Shown here piece after piece: positions 8,655 through 18,947 of a DNA stretch of 64,000 nt. The position numbers and the translations under genes were made by a program. The notes below the pieces were generated by a model. It was not told the origin of the DNA, did not search any database, and worked only from the letters and a program-made list of their open reading frames with translations. Numbering within the stretch: position 1 is the first letter of the stretch; every line of letters begins with the position of its first letter. Location: positions 1 through 64,000 of the forward strand of contig JBGASG010000010.1 of the NCBI GenBank assembly GCA_044229845.1, written 5' to 3'. This DNA is from Candidatus Obscuribacteraceae bacterium. Its GTDB lineage: Bacteria > Cyanobacteriota > Vampirovibrionia > Obscuribacterales > Obscuribacteraceae.

Positions 8655-10394
8655 TCACAGTCCTTCAGCCTTGAACAGCTTAACGATCTCGGATTTGCGT
8701 TGCGGGCAGTATTTATCCCAGAGGGACAGAATAGTTTCCTTTTTTACGACCTCGTAGTCTTTGTCGAATTCTTGAATCCTGTAGAAGTACATCAGCTGCT
8801 TTGTCCAGTTGAGCGCCGACTCCGGTTGCTTTCTCAATAGTTTGGATTCAATCAGATAGAGAAACGCTTTCTGGCAGCGTTCAGAATCGCCGTATTCCAT
8901 AGGCATATCCATTGCTTTTGATAACTGCACCGCCTTCTCTGCAGCCGCTTCCGCCTTGTCACGCTGCTTAAGCATTTGCGCCGACTCTCGAAGAAAGGTC
9001 AGATTGTGTGTTTCTTCACCAATCATCCGCTGCAGTCGCTTCTTAGAGTGAGTATCATGTCGCATCTCAAACATCCAGCGAGCCTGGTCATACTCTACGA
9101 TCGCCCGCTCCAGTGGTGCCTGGCAAGCGACAAGCAAATCATGCCGCTCCTTCCCGACAGCCGAGCCTTTTGCTCGCGTATAAGTCAAAGCGCCACGTTT
9201 GCCATCGATGCGCGCCTGCAAGTCCGGATCAAGCTTGAGGTATGGCTTGAGGCGATCGGCTTCAGCCATAACCCTTTCCATCTCGTCAAACTTCTCTTCC
9301 TGGTGCAGAGAGTCTTCCTGCGTCAGAAGCTGTTGCTCTCTTAAGAGGAGTTCGTCTTTGCCGAAGTTGGCATAAGGATCTTCTGCCAGTTTGTCCGGCG
9401 CACTTGTGATGTAAGTGACAACCGGCACCATAAGCGCCACCAAGCAGAGCACCACTAAAAGCACAATCGTCCAGCGATCGGTGCGGTGCCGGCGCACCGG
9501 AATGGACGGCCCAGGTTTCTTTTCGGGGATATGGCGGGGATCTTCACCGCTCGCCACTTGCCGCAGATCGGCGCGCAATTCGGACATAGATTGATAGCGC
9601 TGCCGCTCATCCTTCTCCAGACAACAGGCAAGCAGTCTTTCGAGAGACTGTGGAATATCTGCGGCAGCATTCACGGCATTGACGCGCGGTGGCACTCGAT
9701 CGCGATGGCTGACCACCAGCTCGGCCAGCGAATCCGGATTGAACGGGGGCTGTCCTGACAGGGTCTCAAACATGGTGCAGCCCAGTGAATAAACATCGCT
9801 GCGCACATCAACGCTGCGCCCCTCGCACTGACCGGGACTCATGTAGAAAACACTGCCGACCAGCGCTGTCGTCGCTGTCAATTGCTGCTCCGAGCCTAAG
9901 ACTTTGGCTATGCCGAAGTCCAGCACCTTCAGTCGCGGTTCGCCGCCGCACATTTCGATAATCAGATTGCTTGGCTTTATGTCACGATGAATAACTTGCA
10001 GCGCGTGTGCATGTTGGAGCGCGTCACAAAGCTGCATGAATAGCGGCAGAGCAACTGCGTACGGCAAAGGTCCATCCTCTTGAATTATCGAAGAGAGACT
10101 GCGCCCGGAAAGCAATTCCATGGCAATATACGGACTGCCGCTTTCGGCCAATCCAATCGAATAGACGGATACGATGTTGGGATGCTGGAGAGAACTCATC
10201 ACCTGCGCTTCATTGCGAAAACGCGCCAGCTTGTCGGGCTCGCGGTCGATCACTGCTTTTAAGACTTTCAGAGCTACGGTTCGATTCATCTCCTGATGGA
10301 GCGCTTCGTAAACGACGCCCATGCCGCCTTCGCCCAGACGCGAAACGATCTGAAACCGATTGTCGATGACACTGCCTATGTCAAACTCGCTCAT
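8655..10394 (-). CDS. Membrane Ser/Thr protein kinase (Hanks type) with C-terminal helical/TPR-like domain
   Basis: GEGGMGVVY, VALK, HRDIKPSN, DFGIAK, YMSP; TM helix WTIVLLVVLCLVALMV; start MSEFDIG. Confidence 0.93.
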   Translation of the reverse strand: MSEFDIGSVIDNRFQIVSRLGEGGMGVVYEALHQEMNRTVALKVLKAVIDREPDKLARFRNEAQVMSSLQHPNIVSVYSIGLAESGSPYIAMELLSGRSLSSIIQEDGPLPYAVALPLFMQLCDALQHAHALQVIHRDIKPSNLIIEMCGGEPRLKVLDFGIAKVLGSEQQLTATTALVGSVFYMSPGQCEGRSVDVRSDVYSLGCTMFETLSGQPPFNPDSLAELVVSHRDRVPPRVNAVNAAADIPQSLERLLACCLEKDERQRYQSMSELRADLRQVASGEDPRHIPEKKPGPSIPVRRHRTDRWTIVLLVVLCLVALMVPVVTYITSAPDKLAEDPYANFGKDELLLREQQLLTQEDSLHQEEKFDEMERVMAEADRLKPYLKLDPDLQARIDGKRGALTYTRAKGSAVGKERHDLLVACQAPLERAIVEYDQARWMFEMRHDTHSKKRLQRMIGEETHNLTFLRESAQMLKQRDKAEAAAEKAVQLSKAMDMPMEYGDSERCQKAFLYLIESKLLRKQPESALNWTKQLMYFYRIQEFDKDYEVVKKETILSLWDKYCPQRKSEIVKLFKAEGL

Positions 10395-10450
10395 CCTAAT
10401 ATATGTAGATACCCGCACCGGACGGAGGACTAAACAACTCACCAGCGCTC

Positions 10451-10502
10451 ATCTTTGCAAAATCTTGATAGGGGCGGGGCAATTTTTGACGACCGTCTGA
10501 CG
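10451..10502 (+). promoter_or_regulatory. Putative KdpE-binding direct repeats upstream of the kdp operon
   Basis: atcTTTGc / atcTTGAt / ttTTGACG / gtCTGACG half-sites spaced 11, 21 and 11 bp, typical of OmpR-family tandem binding. Confidence 0.55.
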
Positions 10503-10536
10503 GCTGCGGCTTTATTACTTGATCGGAGAAATGCAG

Positions 10537-10626
10537 ATGGAAGACTTATTGGCACTGGCAACTTTGTCGATCCTCCTGGGATCGGCGTTTTTGCTCTTGC
10601 GTTTGTGCGCAAACCTGTCGAATTGA
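10537..10626 (+). CDS. 29-aa hydrophobic peptide upstream of kdpF
   Basis: GGAG RBS; MEDLLALATLSILLGSAFLLLRLCANLSN, single TM helix; below the ORF-track cutoff. Confidence 0.6.
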   Translation: MEDLLALATLSILLGSAFLLLRLCANLSN

Positions 10627-10662
10627 CATGCTCTCGAAAATCAAGGAACTGAGGAAACTACT

Positions 10663-10755
10663 ATGGTTGCCATTCAGCTGGTGGCTGGTATCACAGCGTT
10701 GCTCTTGATCATCTATTTGTTCGTCGCCCTGCTGAAACCGGAACTGTTCGCATGA
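10663..10755 (+). CDS. kdpF: K+-transporting ATPase subunit F
   Basis: [38 protein letters not shown] with YL..ALL.PE.F signature; ATGA overlap with kdpA. Confidence 0.9.
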   Translation: MVAIQLVAGITALLLIIYLFVALLKPELFA

Positions 10756-12548
10756 ATCTGCATTCCGGTCTGCAAATCGCAGTCTATTTAGTTATCTTGC
10801 TCGGTCTTTCTGTGCCGCTGGGACTATACATGGCGCGGGTCTTTACCGAAGGGAAGAAAACCTTCCTGCATCCGGTCATCGAGCCGCTGGAAAAACTGAC
10901 ATACAAGATCTGCGGTATCAACCCCTCGGTCGAGATGAACTGGCAGACCTACGCGATCGCGATGATGCTGTTTCAGGCGCTGGGGCTTTTCATCACATAC
11001 GGATTGCAGCGCCTGCAAAGATTTTTGCCGCTCAACCCACAGCATCTCGGACCAGTTTCTGCTGATTCGTCATTGAACACGGCTATCAGTTTCGTCAGCA
11101 ACACAAACTGGCAAGGTTATGGCGGCGAAACCACCATGTCTTACCTGACCCAAATGCTGACACTCAACGTGCAAAACTTTGTTTCGGCCGCTGCCGGCAT
11201 TGCCGTTTTGATCGCCCTGATCAGAGCCTTCACCGTGCAGGACAAAGCGACGATCGGCAACTTCTGGGTCGACCTGGTTCGCAGTGCATATTATGTCTTC
11301 TTGCCTCTGTCAATCGTCCTGGCTGTAATTCTGTCTTTTCAAGGAGCAGTCCAGACTTTCGACGCGTATGTCGCATACACGCCGCTCGAGAGGGTCGGCG
11401 CCATGCAGTCGACCGCACCGCCCGCTGCATCCGCTACCCCGGCACCAGAGCCACTGATCGCTCTCGGTCCAGCCGCTTCCCAAATCGCTATCAAGCAATT
11501 GGGCACCAACGGCGGTGGTTTCTTCAACGTCAATTCATCTCATCCGTTCGAGAATCCGACGCCGCTCACAAATCTGGCGGAAGCGGTCTCGATCCTGGTT
11601 ATATCGGCCGCGCTGTGCTTCACCTTCGGGAAAATGGTCGGCGACATGAGACAGGGGATTGCCATGCTCGCGGCTATGACAATCATCTGGATCTTCTGTC
11701 TGGCCGGTTGTTTCGCCAGCGAGGCGACGATCTCACCGCAACTGTCAGCTCTGAAAGTCGATGCCGCTATGAGTGACGTTAATCCGGGCGGCAACATGGA
11801 AGGCAAAGAGACGCGCTTCGGCATCGCCAATTCCGCCATCTGGGCGGTTGCCACCACGGCTGCCTCCAATGGCTCCGTAAATTCCATGCACGATTCTTAC
11901 AATCCGCTGGGCGGACTGTGCCCGATGTTTCTGATGCAGCTGGGCGAAGTGATCTACGGTGGCGTCGGATCGGGACTCTACGGCATGCTGATCTTTGCGT
12001 TGATTGCAGTTTTCATCGCCGGCTTGATGGTGGGACGCACACCAGAATACCTGGGCAAGAAGATTGAGTCATTCGAGATCAAGATGTCGTCCCTGGTAAT
12101 TCTCGTGCCACCGTTTGTGGTGCTGGTCGGCACTGCTGTGGCAGTCTCGTGCGATCCGGGCAGAGCGACGGTATTCAACCCGGGAGCCCACGGCTTCAGC
12201 GAAGTTCTTTATGCGTTCTCCTCCGCCGGCAACAACAACGGCAGCGCTTTTGCCGGTCTCGGCGCCAACACGCCATTCTACAACTACGCCCTGGGCATTG
12301 CTATGTTCTGCGCTCGCTACTGGCTGGCGATTCCCGTTCTGGCTGTGGCCGGCTCGCTGTCTCGCAAGAAGCTGGTTCCCGCCAGCCTCGGCACTATGCC
12401 CACGCACAACCTGTTGTTCGTCACCCTGCTTGTGAGCGTGGTGCTGATCGTAGGCGCTTTGACATTTGTGCCGGCCCTGGCTCTGGGTCCGATCGTTGAA
12501 CACCTGAACATGATCGCTGCCGGAAAAACGGATGTGCAAACAAAATGA
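10752..12548 (+). CDS. kdpA: K+-transporting ATPase subunit A
   Basis: [43 protein letters not shown]. Confidence 0.98.
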   Translation: MNLHSGLQIAVYLVILLGLSVPLGLYMARVFTEGKKTFLHPVIEPLEKLTYKICGINPSVEMNWQTYAIAMMLFQALGLFITYGLQRLQRFLPLNPQHLGPVSADSSLNTAISFVSNTNWQGYGGETTMSYLTQMLTLNVQNFVSAAAGIAVLIALIRAFTVQDKATIGNFWVDLVRSAYYVFLPLSIVLAVILSFQGAVQTFDAYVAYTPLERVGAMQSTAPPAASATPAPEPLIALGPAASQIAIKQLGTNGGGFFNVNSSHPFENPTPLTNLAEAVSILVISAALCFTFGKMVGDMRQGIAMLAAMTIIWIFCLAGCFASEATISPQLSALKVDAAMSDVNPGGNMEGKETRFGIANSAIWAVATTAASNGSVNSMHDSYNPLGGLCPMFLMQLGEVIYGGVGSGLYGMLIFALIAVFIAGLMVGRTPEYLGKKIESFEIKMSSLVILVPPFVVLVGTAVAVSCDPGRATVFNPGAHGFSEVLYAFSSAGNNNGSAFAGLGANTPFYNYALGIAMFCARYWLAIPVLAVAGSLSRKKLVPASLGTMPTHNLLFVTLLVSVVLIVGALTFVPALALGPIVEHLNMIAAGKTDVQTK

Positions 12549-14617
12549 GTTCCCACAAAAAAGCTCGCCCTCTCTTTGATCTGCCTATAGTTAAAAGGGC
12601 CTGCCTCGATGCGCTTCTCAAGCTCGATCCGCGGGTGCAGATTCGCAACCCGGTCATGTTTATTGTCGAACTGGGAAGTCTCTTCACGACGGTCCTCGGA
12701 TGCCTGGCTCTCACAGGGACAGCAGATGCGCCGGCTTCGTTCATTTTCTCGATTTCCATCTGGCTCTGGTTCACCGTGCTCTTTGCCAACTTCTCCGAAG
12801 CGATGGCGGAAGGACGGGGCAAGGCGCAGGCGCAAGCGCTCAAGCAAGCTCGCAAAGATGTGACCACTAAAAAACTCGCCGAGCCTCGATATGGCGCGGC
12901 GCAAGAGATGGTCTCCGGTAGCAGCCTGCGCAAGGGAGATGTCGTACTGGTCGAGGCCGGCGAGACTGTACCGGGCGATGGTGAAGTCATTGAAGGGGTC
13001 GCTTCCGTGGACGAAAGCGCCATCACGGGCGAAAGCGCTCCCGTTATACGAGAAAGCGGCGGCGATCGCAGTGCCGTTACAGGCGGTACCAGAGTGCTCT
13101 CGGATTGGCTGGTGATTCAGATATCTGCCAATCCCGGCGAAACATTTCTGGATCGTATGATCGGCATGGTGGAGGGCGCCAAGCGCCAGAAGACGCCTAA
13201 CGAAATTGCACTCAACATTCTGCTGGCGGCCATGACGTTGATCTTCTTGTTTGTCACCGTCACGCTCCAACCTTATTCCGCTTATGCAGTTGTTCTGAAC
13301 AAACAGGGAGCGGTGGTGAGTGTCACGGTTCTGATTGCCCTCTTAGTTTGCTTGATTCCAACCACTATCGGCGGATTGCTCTCGGCAATCGGCATTGCCG
13401 GCATGGATCGTTTGATCAAAGCCAATGTCATCGCTATGTCCGGCCGCGCGGTCGAAGCAGCCGGTGACGTGGACGTGCTCCTTCTCGATAAGACCGGCAC
13501 CATCACGCTCGGCAACCGCCAGGCGACCGCCTTCATTCCAGCACCGGGAGTTTCGGAGCGCGATCTGGCTGATGCAGCTCAACTTTCATCTCTTTCGGAC
13601 GAAACACCGGAAGGGCGCAGCATTGTTGTGTTGGCTAAGGAACAGTTTCAGATTCGGGAGAGAAACATACTTTCCCTCGGCGCTACGTTTGTGCCTTTCT
13701 CCGCCCAAACGCGCATGAGCGGCGTCGATATGAATGGTAGAAAAATTCGCAAAGGCTCCTGCGACGCCATTGAAAAATTCATTACAGAAAGCGGTTCGGC
13801 GCTGCCAGCGGCCGTCTCCACCAGCGTCAGTGATATTTCGAAGAAGGGTGGCACCCCGCTCGTGGTGGCGGACGGAAAAACTGTTTTAGGAGTGATTCAG
13901 CTCAAAGATATCGTCAAAGGGGGGATCAAAGAACGCTTTGCCGAACTGCGCTCGATGGGCATCAAGACTGTGATGATCACCGGCGACAACCCGCTGACGG
14001 CGGCAGCCATCGCGGCGGAAGCCGGCGTCGATGACTACCTGGCACAGGCAACACCGGAAGACAAGCTGAAGCTGATTCGCAATTCGCAGGCCGGCGGACG
14101 CCTGGTGGCAATGACCGGAGACGGCACCAACGACGCGCCGGCACTGGCTCAAGCCGACGTAGCTGTTGCCATGAACACTGGCACTCAGGCGGCAAAAGAA
14201 GCCGGCAACATGGTCGATCTGGATTCCAATCCCACCAAGCTGATCGAGATAGTCGAAATCGGCAAACAACTTTTGATGACGCGCGGTGCTCTCACCACTT
14301 TCAGTATCGCCAATGATGTCGCCAAGTATTTTGCCATCATTCCGGCGGCATTTGCCACCACCTATCCGGTCCTCAATCAGCTCAACGTCATGCACTTAGC
14401 CAGCCCGCAGAGCGCTATCCTCTCGGCAGTGATTTTCAACGCCCTGGTGATCCTGGCACTGTTGCCCCTGGCATTGCGCGGCGTGCGTTATCGTCCGGTC
14501 GGCGCGGCGGTCCTCCTGCGCGACAACATGCTTATCTATGGACTGGGCGGGTTGCTGGTACCGTTTGTCGGCATCAAACTGGTCGATCTAATTCTCGAGG
14601 CACTGCACTGGGTATGA
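12545..14617 (+). CDS. kdpB: K+-transporting ATPase subunit B (P-type ATPase)
   Basis: TGES, DKTGT phosphorylation site, [15 protein letters not shown]. Confidence 0.98.
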   Translation: MSSHKKARPLFDLPIVKRACLDALLKLDPRVQIRNPVMFIVELGSLFTTVLGCLALTGTADAPASFIFSISIWLWFTVLFANFSEAMAEGRGKAQAQALKQARKDVTTKKLAEPRYGAAQEMVSGSSLRKGDVVLVEAGETVPGDGEVIEGVASVDESAITGESAPVIRESGGDRSAVTGGTRVLSDWLVIQISANPGETFLDRMIGMVEGAKRQKTPNEIALNILLAAMTLIFLFVTVTLQPYSAYAVVLNKQGAVVSVTVLIALLVCLIPTTIGGLLSAIGIAGMDRLIKANVIAMSGRAVEAAGDVDVLLLDKTGTITLGNRQATAFIPAPGVSERDLADAAQLSSLSDETPEGRSIVVLAKEQFQIRERNILSLGATFVPFSAQTRMSGVDMNGRKIRKGSCDAIEKFITESGSALPAAVSTSVSDISKKGGTPLVVADGKTVLGVIQLKDIVKGGIKERFAELRSMGIKTVMITGDNPLTAAAIAAEAGVDDYLAQATPEDKLKLIRNSQAGGRLVAMTGDGTNDAPALAQADVAVAMNTGTQAAKEAGNMVDLDSNPTKLIEIVEIGKQLLMTRGALTTFSIANDVAKYFAIIPAAFATTYPVLNQLNVMHLASPQSAILSAVIFNALVILALLPLALRGVRYRPVGAAVLLRDNMLIYGLGGLLVPFVGIKLVDLILEALHWV

Positions 14618-15195
14618 ACATCAGCGAACTCCTCCGGCAATGCTGCCTGCTTTTCATCGTGCTGTCGATTCTCACCGGTGTCGTCTATCCACTGGCTGTG
14701 ACCGGCATTGCTCAAGTCTTGTGGCCCGACAAGGCAAACGGATCTCTGGTGCGCCTGAACGGCAAAGTAGTCGGGTCAACACTGCTCGGTCAGGAGTTCA
14801 CCAGCAGCCGTTATTTCTGGAGCCGGCCCTCAGCGACTTCGCCTGCTTACAACGCCGCTGCCTCTTCCGGATCTAACCTGGGTCCTTTGAACCCGGCACT
14901 GAGCAAAAACGCTAAGGACCGCCTCGCCGCGCTGTCCGCTGCGGACGCGGGAATGGAGACTCAACTGCCGCCGGTCGATCTGGTGACCTCCTCCGGCAGC
15001 GGGCTCGATCCACACATCAGTGTGGCGGCAGCCCGTTACCAGGCTGCCCGCGTTGCGCGCGAGCGCCACCTGACCGCCGAAGAAGTGAACAAGCTGATCG
15101 AGGCGGCCACAGAACCGATGCAACTGGGCGTCCTGGGCGAACCCAGAGTGAACGTTCTGCTATTGAATCTATCATTGGATAAGTTAGCAAAATGA
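14614..15195 (+). CDS. kdpC: K+-transporting ATPase subunit C
   Basis: YP...[37 protein letters not shown]. Confidence 0.97.
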   Translation: MNISELLRQCCLLFIVLSILTGVVYPLAVTGIAQVLWPDKANGSLVRLNGKVVGSTLLGQEFTSSRYFWSRPSATSPAYNAAASSGSNLGPLNPALSKNAKDRLAALSAADAGMETQLPPVDLVTSSGSGLDPHISVAAARYQAARVARERHLTAEEVNKLIEAATEPMQLGVLGEPRVNVLLLNLSLDKLAK

Positions 15196-15211
15196 GCTAG
15201 TTTATGACCGT

Positions 15212-17899
15212 ATGGATGAAGCACGCAAAGACCCGGAAGCCTACCTTTCCCTGCTCGACGAGGAAAATGGCGATCACGCACGCGGGCGCCTGAAACTGTT
15301 TTTCGGCTATGCAGCCGGCGTCGGCAAGACGTACACGATGCTGCAAGAAGCGAAACAATTGCAATCCGAAGGGCAGGACGTCGTGGTCGGCTATGCCGAA
15401 TCTCACGGACGCACAGAGACTCTGGCGCTGCTGGAGGGACTCGAAATATTGCCTCTCAAAGATGTGGAGTATCGCGGCAACGTCCTCAAGGAATTTGATT
15501 TGGACGGCGCTCTGGCTCGCAAACCCCAGTTGATTCTGGTCGACGAACTTGCGCACACCAACGCACCGGGCAGTCGTCACGCCAAGCGCTGGCAAGACAT
15601 TCAAGAACTGCTCGATGCAGGCATCGATGTTTACACGGCTTTGAACGTGCAGCATTTGGAAAGCCTGCACGACAAGGTAGCTCAAATAACGCGAGTGCAA
15701 GTGCGCGAGCGCATTCCCGATTCGTTTCTCGAGCGAGCCGATGAAATCGAGCTGGTGGACTTGCCCACCGATGACCTTTTGCAGCGCCTGCGCGAAGGCA
15801 AGGTCTACATAGGCGAGCGAGCCGCCAGCGCCCTGGAGAATTTCTTTCAGAAGGGCAACCTGATTGCTTTGCGCGAGATGTCGATGCGCTTCGCCGCCGA
15901 GCAGGTCGACGCACAGATGAATCGTTACCGTGAAGTGCGCCGTATCAAAGCACCGTGGCCGGTATCGGATCGGATCGTCGTCTGCGTGAGCGCCAGCCCG
16001 CTATCGATGAAACTGGTGCGAGCCGCCCGCCGCATGTCGACCGCTCTGCGGGCTCGCTGGCTGGTGGTTTCTGTGCAAAAGACGGGGCAGCCCGCCGGTT
16101 CCGAGTCGGAACGCGACCGCGTCAGCGAAACCCTTCGATTGGCAGAGCAGTTGGGCGCGGAAGTAATGCAAGTGACCGGCGAGAGTGTCGCTGATGAAAT
16201 CATCAAGTGTGCGCGCCAGTTCAATGCATCGAAAATCATCGTTGGAAAGCCTGCTACTCCCAGGTGGAAAGAAGCACTTTTTGGCTCGGTGCTGGATGAG
16301 ATAGTGCGTCAAAGCGGCGCCATCGACGTCTACGTTATCACCGGCGATGAAGGGGGTCCGCCCGGCTCTCAGCCGCGCCGCTGGCAGACCAGTAGCCGCC
16401 CCTTAAGATATTTCGTCGCCATTCTTGTCGTTGCCTTTTGCACCGGCATTGCTTACTTGATGCAGCCGTTCTTCGAACTGATCAACGTAGTGATGATGTA
16501 CTTGTTGGGCACGGTTCTGGTCGCGGTGCGCTTTGGCCGCGGACCGTCAATACTGGCATCGGTGCTCAGTGTAGCGGCTTTTGACTTCTTCTTCGTTCCG
16601 CCGCAGCTGACATTTGCGGTGTCCGACACACAGTACCTGGTCACCTTTGCGGTTATGCTGATTGTCAACGTTTTGATCAGCACCTTGACCGCCCGTGTGC
16701 GCCAGCAGGCAGAAGATGCCAGCCTGCGAGAAAGACGCACGGCCGCTCTCTATTCGATGAGTCGGGAATTGGCGTCGACAGAGGATGTAGATGGATTGCT
16801 GTCCATCGGGATGCGGCATATTAGCGAAGTATTCGACGGCAGCGTGGCCGCATTGTTGCCCGACGACCATCAACAGCTGACCAAGACCGTCAGACCGGCA
16901 CAAGGCAAACAGGCGCTGACAAATCTGGATCTGGCCGTTGCTCAGTGGGTGCAAACGAACCATCAGATGGCGGGGTTGGGAACCAACACTCTTCCCGGAG
17001 CGGAAGCACTCTATGTGCCGCTGCCGGGAACCAATCGGGACATCGGCGTGTTGGCAATCAGACCCAATGAAACTCCAAAATTTGCCCGCCCCGAACAGAT
17101 GCAGTTGCTGCAAACTTTTGCTCACCAACTTGCACAAGCTTGTGAACGAGCTTATCTCTCGCAAGAAAACGAGCAGTCGCGAATTCAGATCAAAGAAGAG
17201 CAACTGCGGAGCACTTTGCTCAGTTCAGTTTCTCATGACCTGCGCACGCCGCTCGCCACCATCGCCGGGGCGGCAAGCAGCATCGTGGAAGCCCCCGCCA
17301 GTATCGACGTCGACAGCTGTAAGGTGAGAGCGGAAGAAATCTACAACGAATCCGTGCGCCTGAACAGGCTCGTCACTAACCTCCTGGACATGACCAAACT
17401 CGAGTCGGGAACCTTGCAGGTGAAAAAAGAGTGGTGTCCGGTCGACGAATTGATCGGCGCGGCATTGACTTCAGTCGATGATCGGCTTGGCGACCGCGAC
17501 GTCAAGCCGAACGTGTCGGACGGGCTGCCTCTTTTGCCGGTGGATTCTGTGCTGGTGCAACAATTGCTCGTCAACTTGCTTGAGAACGCTATCAAATACA
17601 CGCCTGACAACTCGCCGATTGATATTACCGCCACAAAACAAGACGATAATGTAGTGATCTCGGTAGGCGACCGCGGCGAAGGAATTACACCGGAGAACAA
17701 AGGAAAAGTGTTTCAAAAATTCTTTCGTGAGGGCAAGCAATCCGGTCCTGGTGCGGGACTGGGTCTGGCGATCGCCAGCGGCATTGCCGAAGCCCACGGA
17801 GGACGGCTTTGGGTCGAGGATAATACCGGTGGCGGTGCACTGTTCAAGTTTTCATTGCCCATAGACGCTCAGGCTCCGGCAGAGCCAAGCGAGGGCTAG
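15212..17899 (+). CDS. kdpD: Osmosensitive K+ channel histidine kinase (full length: KdpD, USP, TM, GAF, HisKA/HATPase)
   Basis: GYAAGVGKTY, VDELAHTN, SHDLRTPL, NLLENAIKY, GAGLGLAI. Confidence 0.97.
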   Translation: MDEARKDPEAYLSLLDEENGDHARGRLKLFFGYAAGVGKTYTMLQEAKQLQSEGQDVVVGYAESHGRTETLALLEGLEILPLKDVEYRGNVLKEFDLDGALARKPQLILVDELAHTNAPGSRHAKRWQDIQELLDAGIDVYTALNVQHLESLHDKVAQITRVQVRERIPDSFLERADEIELVDLPTDDLLQRLREGKVYIGERAASALENFFQKGNLIALREMSMRFAAEQVDAQMNRYREVRRIKAPWPVSDRIVVCVSASPLSMKLVRAARRMSTALRARWLVVSVQKTGQPAGSESERDRVSETLRLAEQLGAEVMQVTGESVADEIIKCARQFNASKIIVGKPATPRWKEALFGSVLDEIVRQSGAIDVYVITGDEGGPPGSQPRRWQTSSRPLRYFVAILVVAFCTGIAYLMQPFFELINVVMMYLLGTVLVAVRFGRGPSILASVLSVAAFDFFFVPPQLTFAVSDTQYLVTFAVMLIVNVLISTLTARVRQQAEDASLRERRTAALYSMSRELASTEDVDGLLSIGMRHISEVFDGSVAALLPDDHQQLTKTVRPAQGKQALTNLDLAVAQWVQTNHQMAGLGTNTLPGAEALYVPLPGTNRDIGVLAIRPNETPKFARPEQMQLLQTFAHQLAQACERAYLSQENEQSRIQIKEEQLRSTLLSSVSHDLRTPLATIAGAASSIVEAPASIDVDSCKVRAEEIYNESVRLNRLVTNLLDMTKLESGTLQVKKEWCPVDELIGAALTSVDDRLGDRDVKPNVSDGLPLLPVDSVLVQQLLVNLLENAIKYTPDNSPIDITATKQDDNVVISVGDRGEGITPENKGKVFQKFFREGKQSGPGAGLGLAIASGIAEAHGGRLWVEDNTGGGALFKFSLPIDAQAPAEPSEG

Positions 17900-17902
17900 C
17901 CG

Positions 17903-18619
17903 ATGGTAGACTCCCCCAACGCCAACCCGGCCATTGTTCTGGTAATCGAAGATGAAGCCCCGATTCGGCGCTTCCTCAAGCTCACTCTTTCGGAGCATGG
18001 ATTTACCTTTAAAGAGGCTTTGAGCGCTCAAGAAGGTTTGCAAAAGATTGCTTTTGACAAGCCTGACCTGGTCATACTCGACCTGGGACTGCCCGATATG
18101 GACGGACTGGAAGTAACCAAACAGATCCGCGAATGGTCACCGGTGCCCATCATTGTACTGTCAGCTCGCGGGGACGACAAAGACAAAGTGGCGGCATTAG
18201 ACGCCGGCGCCGACGATTATTTGACCAAGCCGTTCAGTGTCGCCGAGTTGCTTGCCCGCCTGCGTGTAGCCATGCGACACGCAGTGAATGTGCCGGCCGA
18301 GAAAGGACAGTCAGTGGTCAACATCGGCCGGGCAAAAATCGATCTGGTAAAACGTCAGGTATTTGTCGACGGAGCGGAAACGCACCTCACCCCCATCGAG
18401 TACAAGCTCTTGGTCGTGTTAATCCAACACGCAGGCAAAGTCGTCACTCACAACCAGTTGCTGCGGGAGGTCTGGGGACAGGGGTATGCAGATGAGAGCC
18501 ACTACGTGCGCGTTTATATGGCTCAGCTACGCCGAAAACTGGAAGCAGATTCGGCTCACCCACAACACATTCTTACCGAGCCCGGCGTCGGCTATCGGTT
18601 AAAGGTAGAACCGGACTGA
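17903..18619 (+). CDS. kdpE: Kdp two-component response regulator (OmpR family)
   Basis: LDLGLPDMDG, GADDYLTKPF, YVRVYMAQLRRKLE, TEPGVGYR. Confidence 0.96.
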   Translation: MVDSPNANPAIVLVIEDEAPIRRFLKLTLSEHGFTFKEALSAQEGLQKIAFDKPDLVILDLGLPDMDGLEVTKQIREWSPVPIIVLSARGDDKDKVAALDAGADDYLTKPFSVAELLARLRVAMRHAVNVPAEKGQSVVNIGRAKIDLVKRQVFVDGAETHLTPIEYKLLVVLIQHAGKVVTHNQLLREVWGQGYADESHYVRVYMAQLRRKLEADSAHPQHILTEPGVGYRLKVEPD

Positions 18620-18746
18620 GCTTGCTGGTCCGCTCGCGCCTGCGCAGAACAACATCGACTGCTGCATTCAGACCGCTGTGAATGATCACCAGGGACAGTG
18701 ACGCACCGGCCAGACCGCAAACTGCAACTAACTGTGATTCGGACAT
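18573..18746 (-). CDS. Possible 57-aa single-TM peptide convergent with kdpE
   Basis: AGAGG RBS 10 nt before ATG; MSESQLVAVCGLAGASLSLVIIHSGLNAAVDVVLRRRER; preceded by phased cTTGA repeats; overlaps the kdpE 3' end. Confidence 0.35.
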   Translation of the reverse strand: MSESQLVAVCGLAGASLSLVIIHSGLNAAVDVVLRRRERTSKLSPVLPLTDSRRRAR

Positions 18747-18947
18747 CTGTTTTGGACCTCTTGGTGCCCACATTCAATTAGACCTTTGCGGCAGTCAAGA
18801 CGGCATAAGTGACCTTCAAGCGCATATCAAATTCATCTCAAGACTGATGGTCCTGATTCGCTTTTTAGCCAGCGCCGCCTGAATCACGGGACATGAATCA
18901 CCGGGCCGCTGCGATCCGGCTCTTGCCCCCCCGTAAAATCTCGCGCG

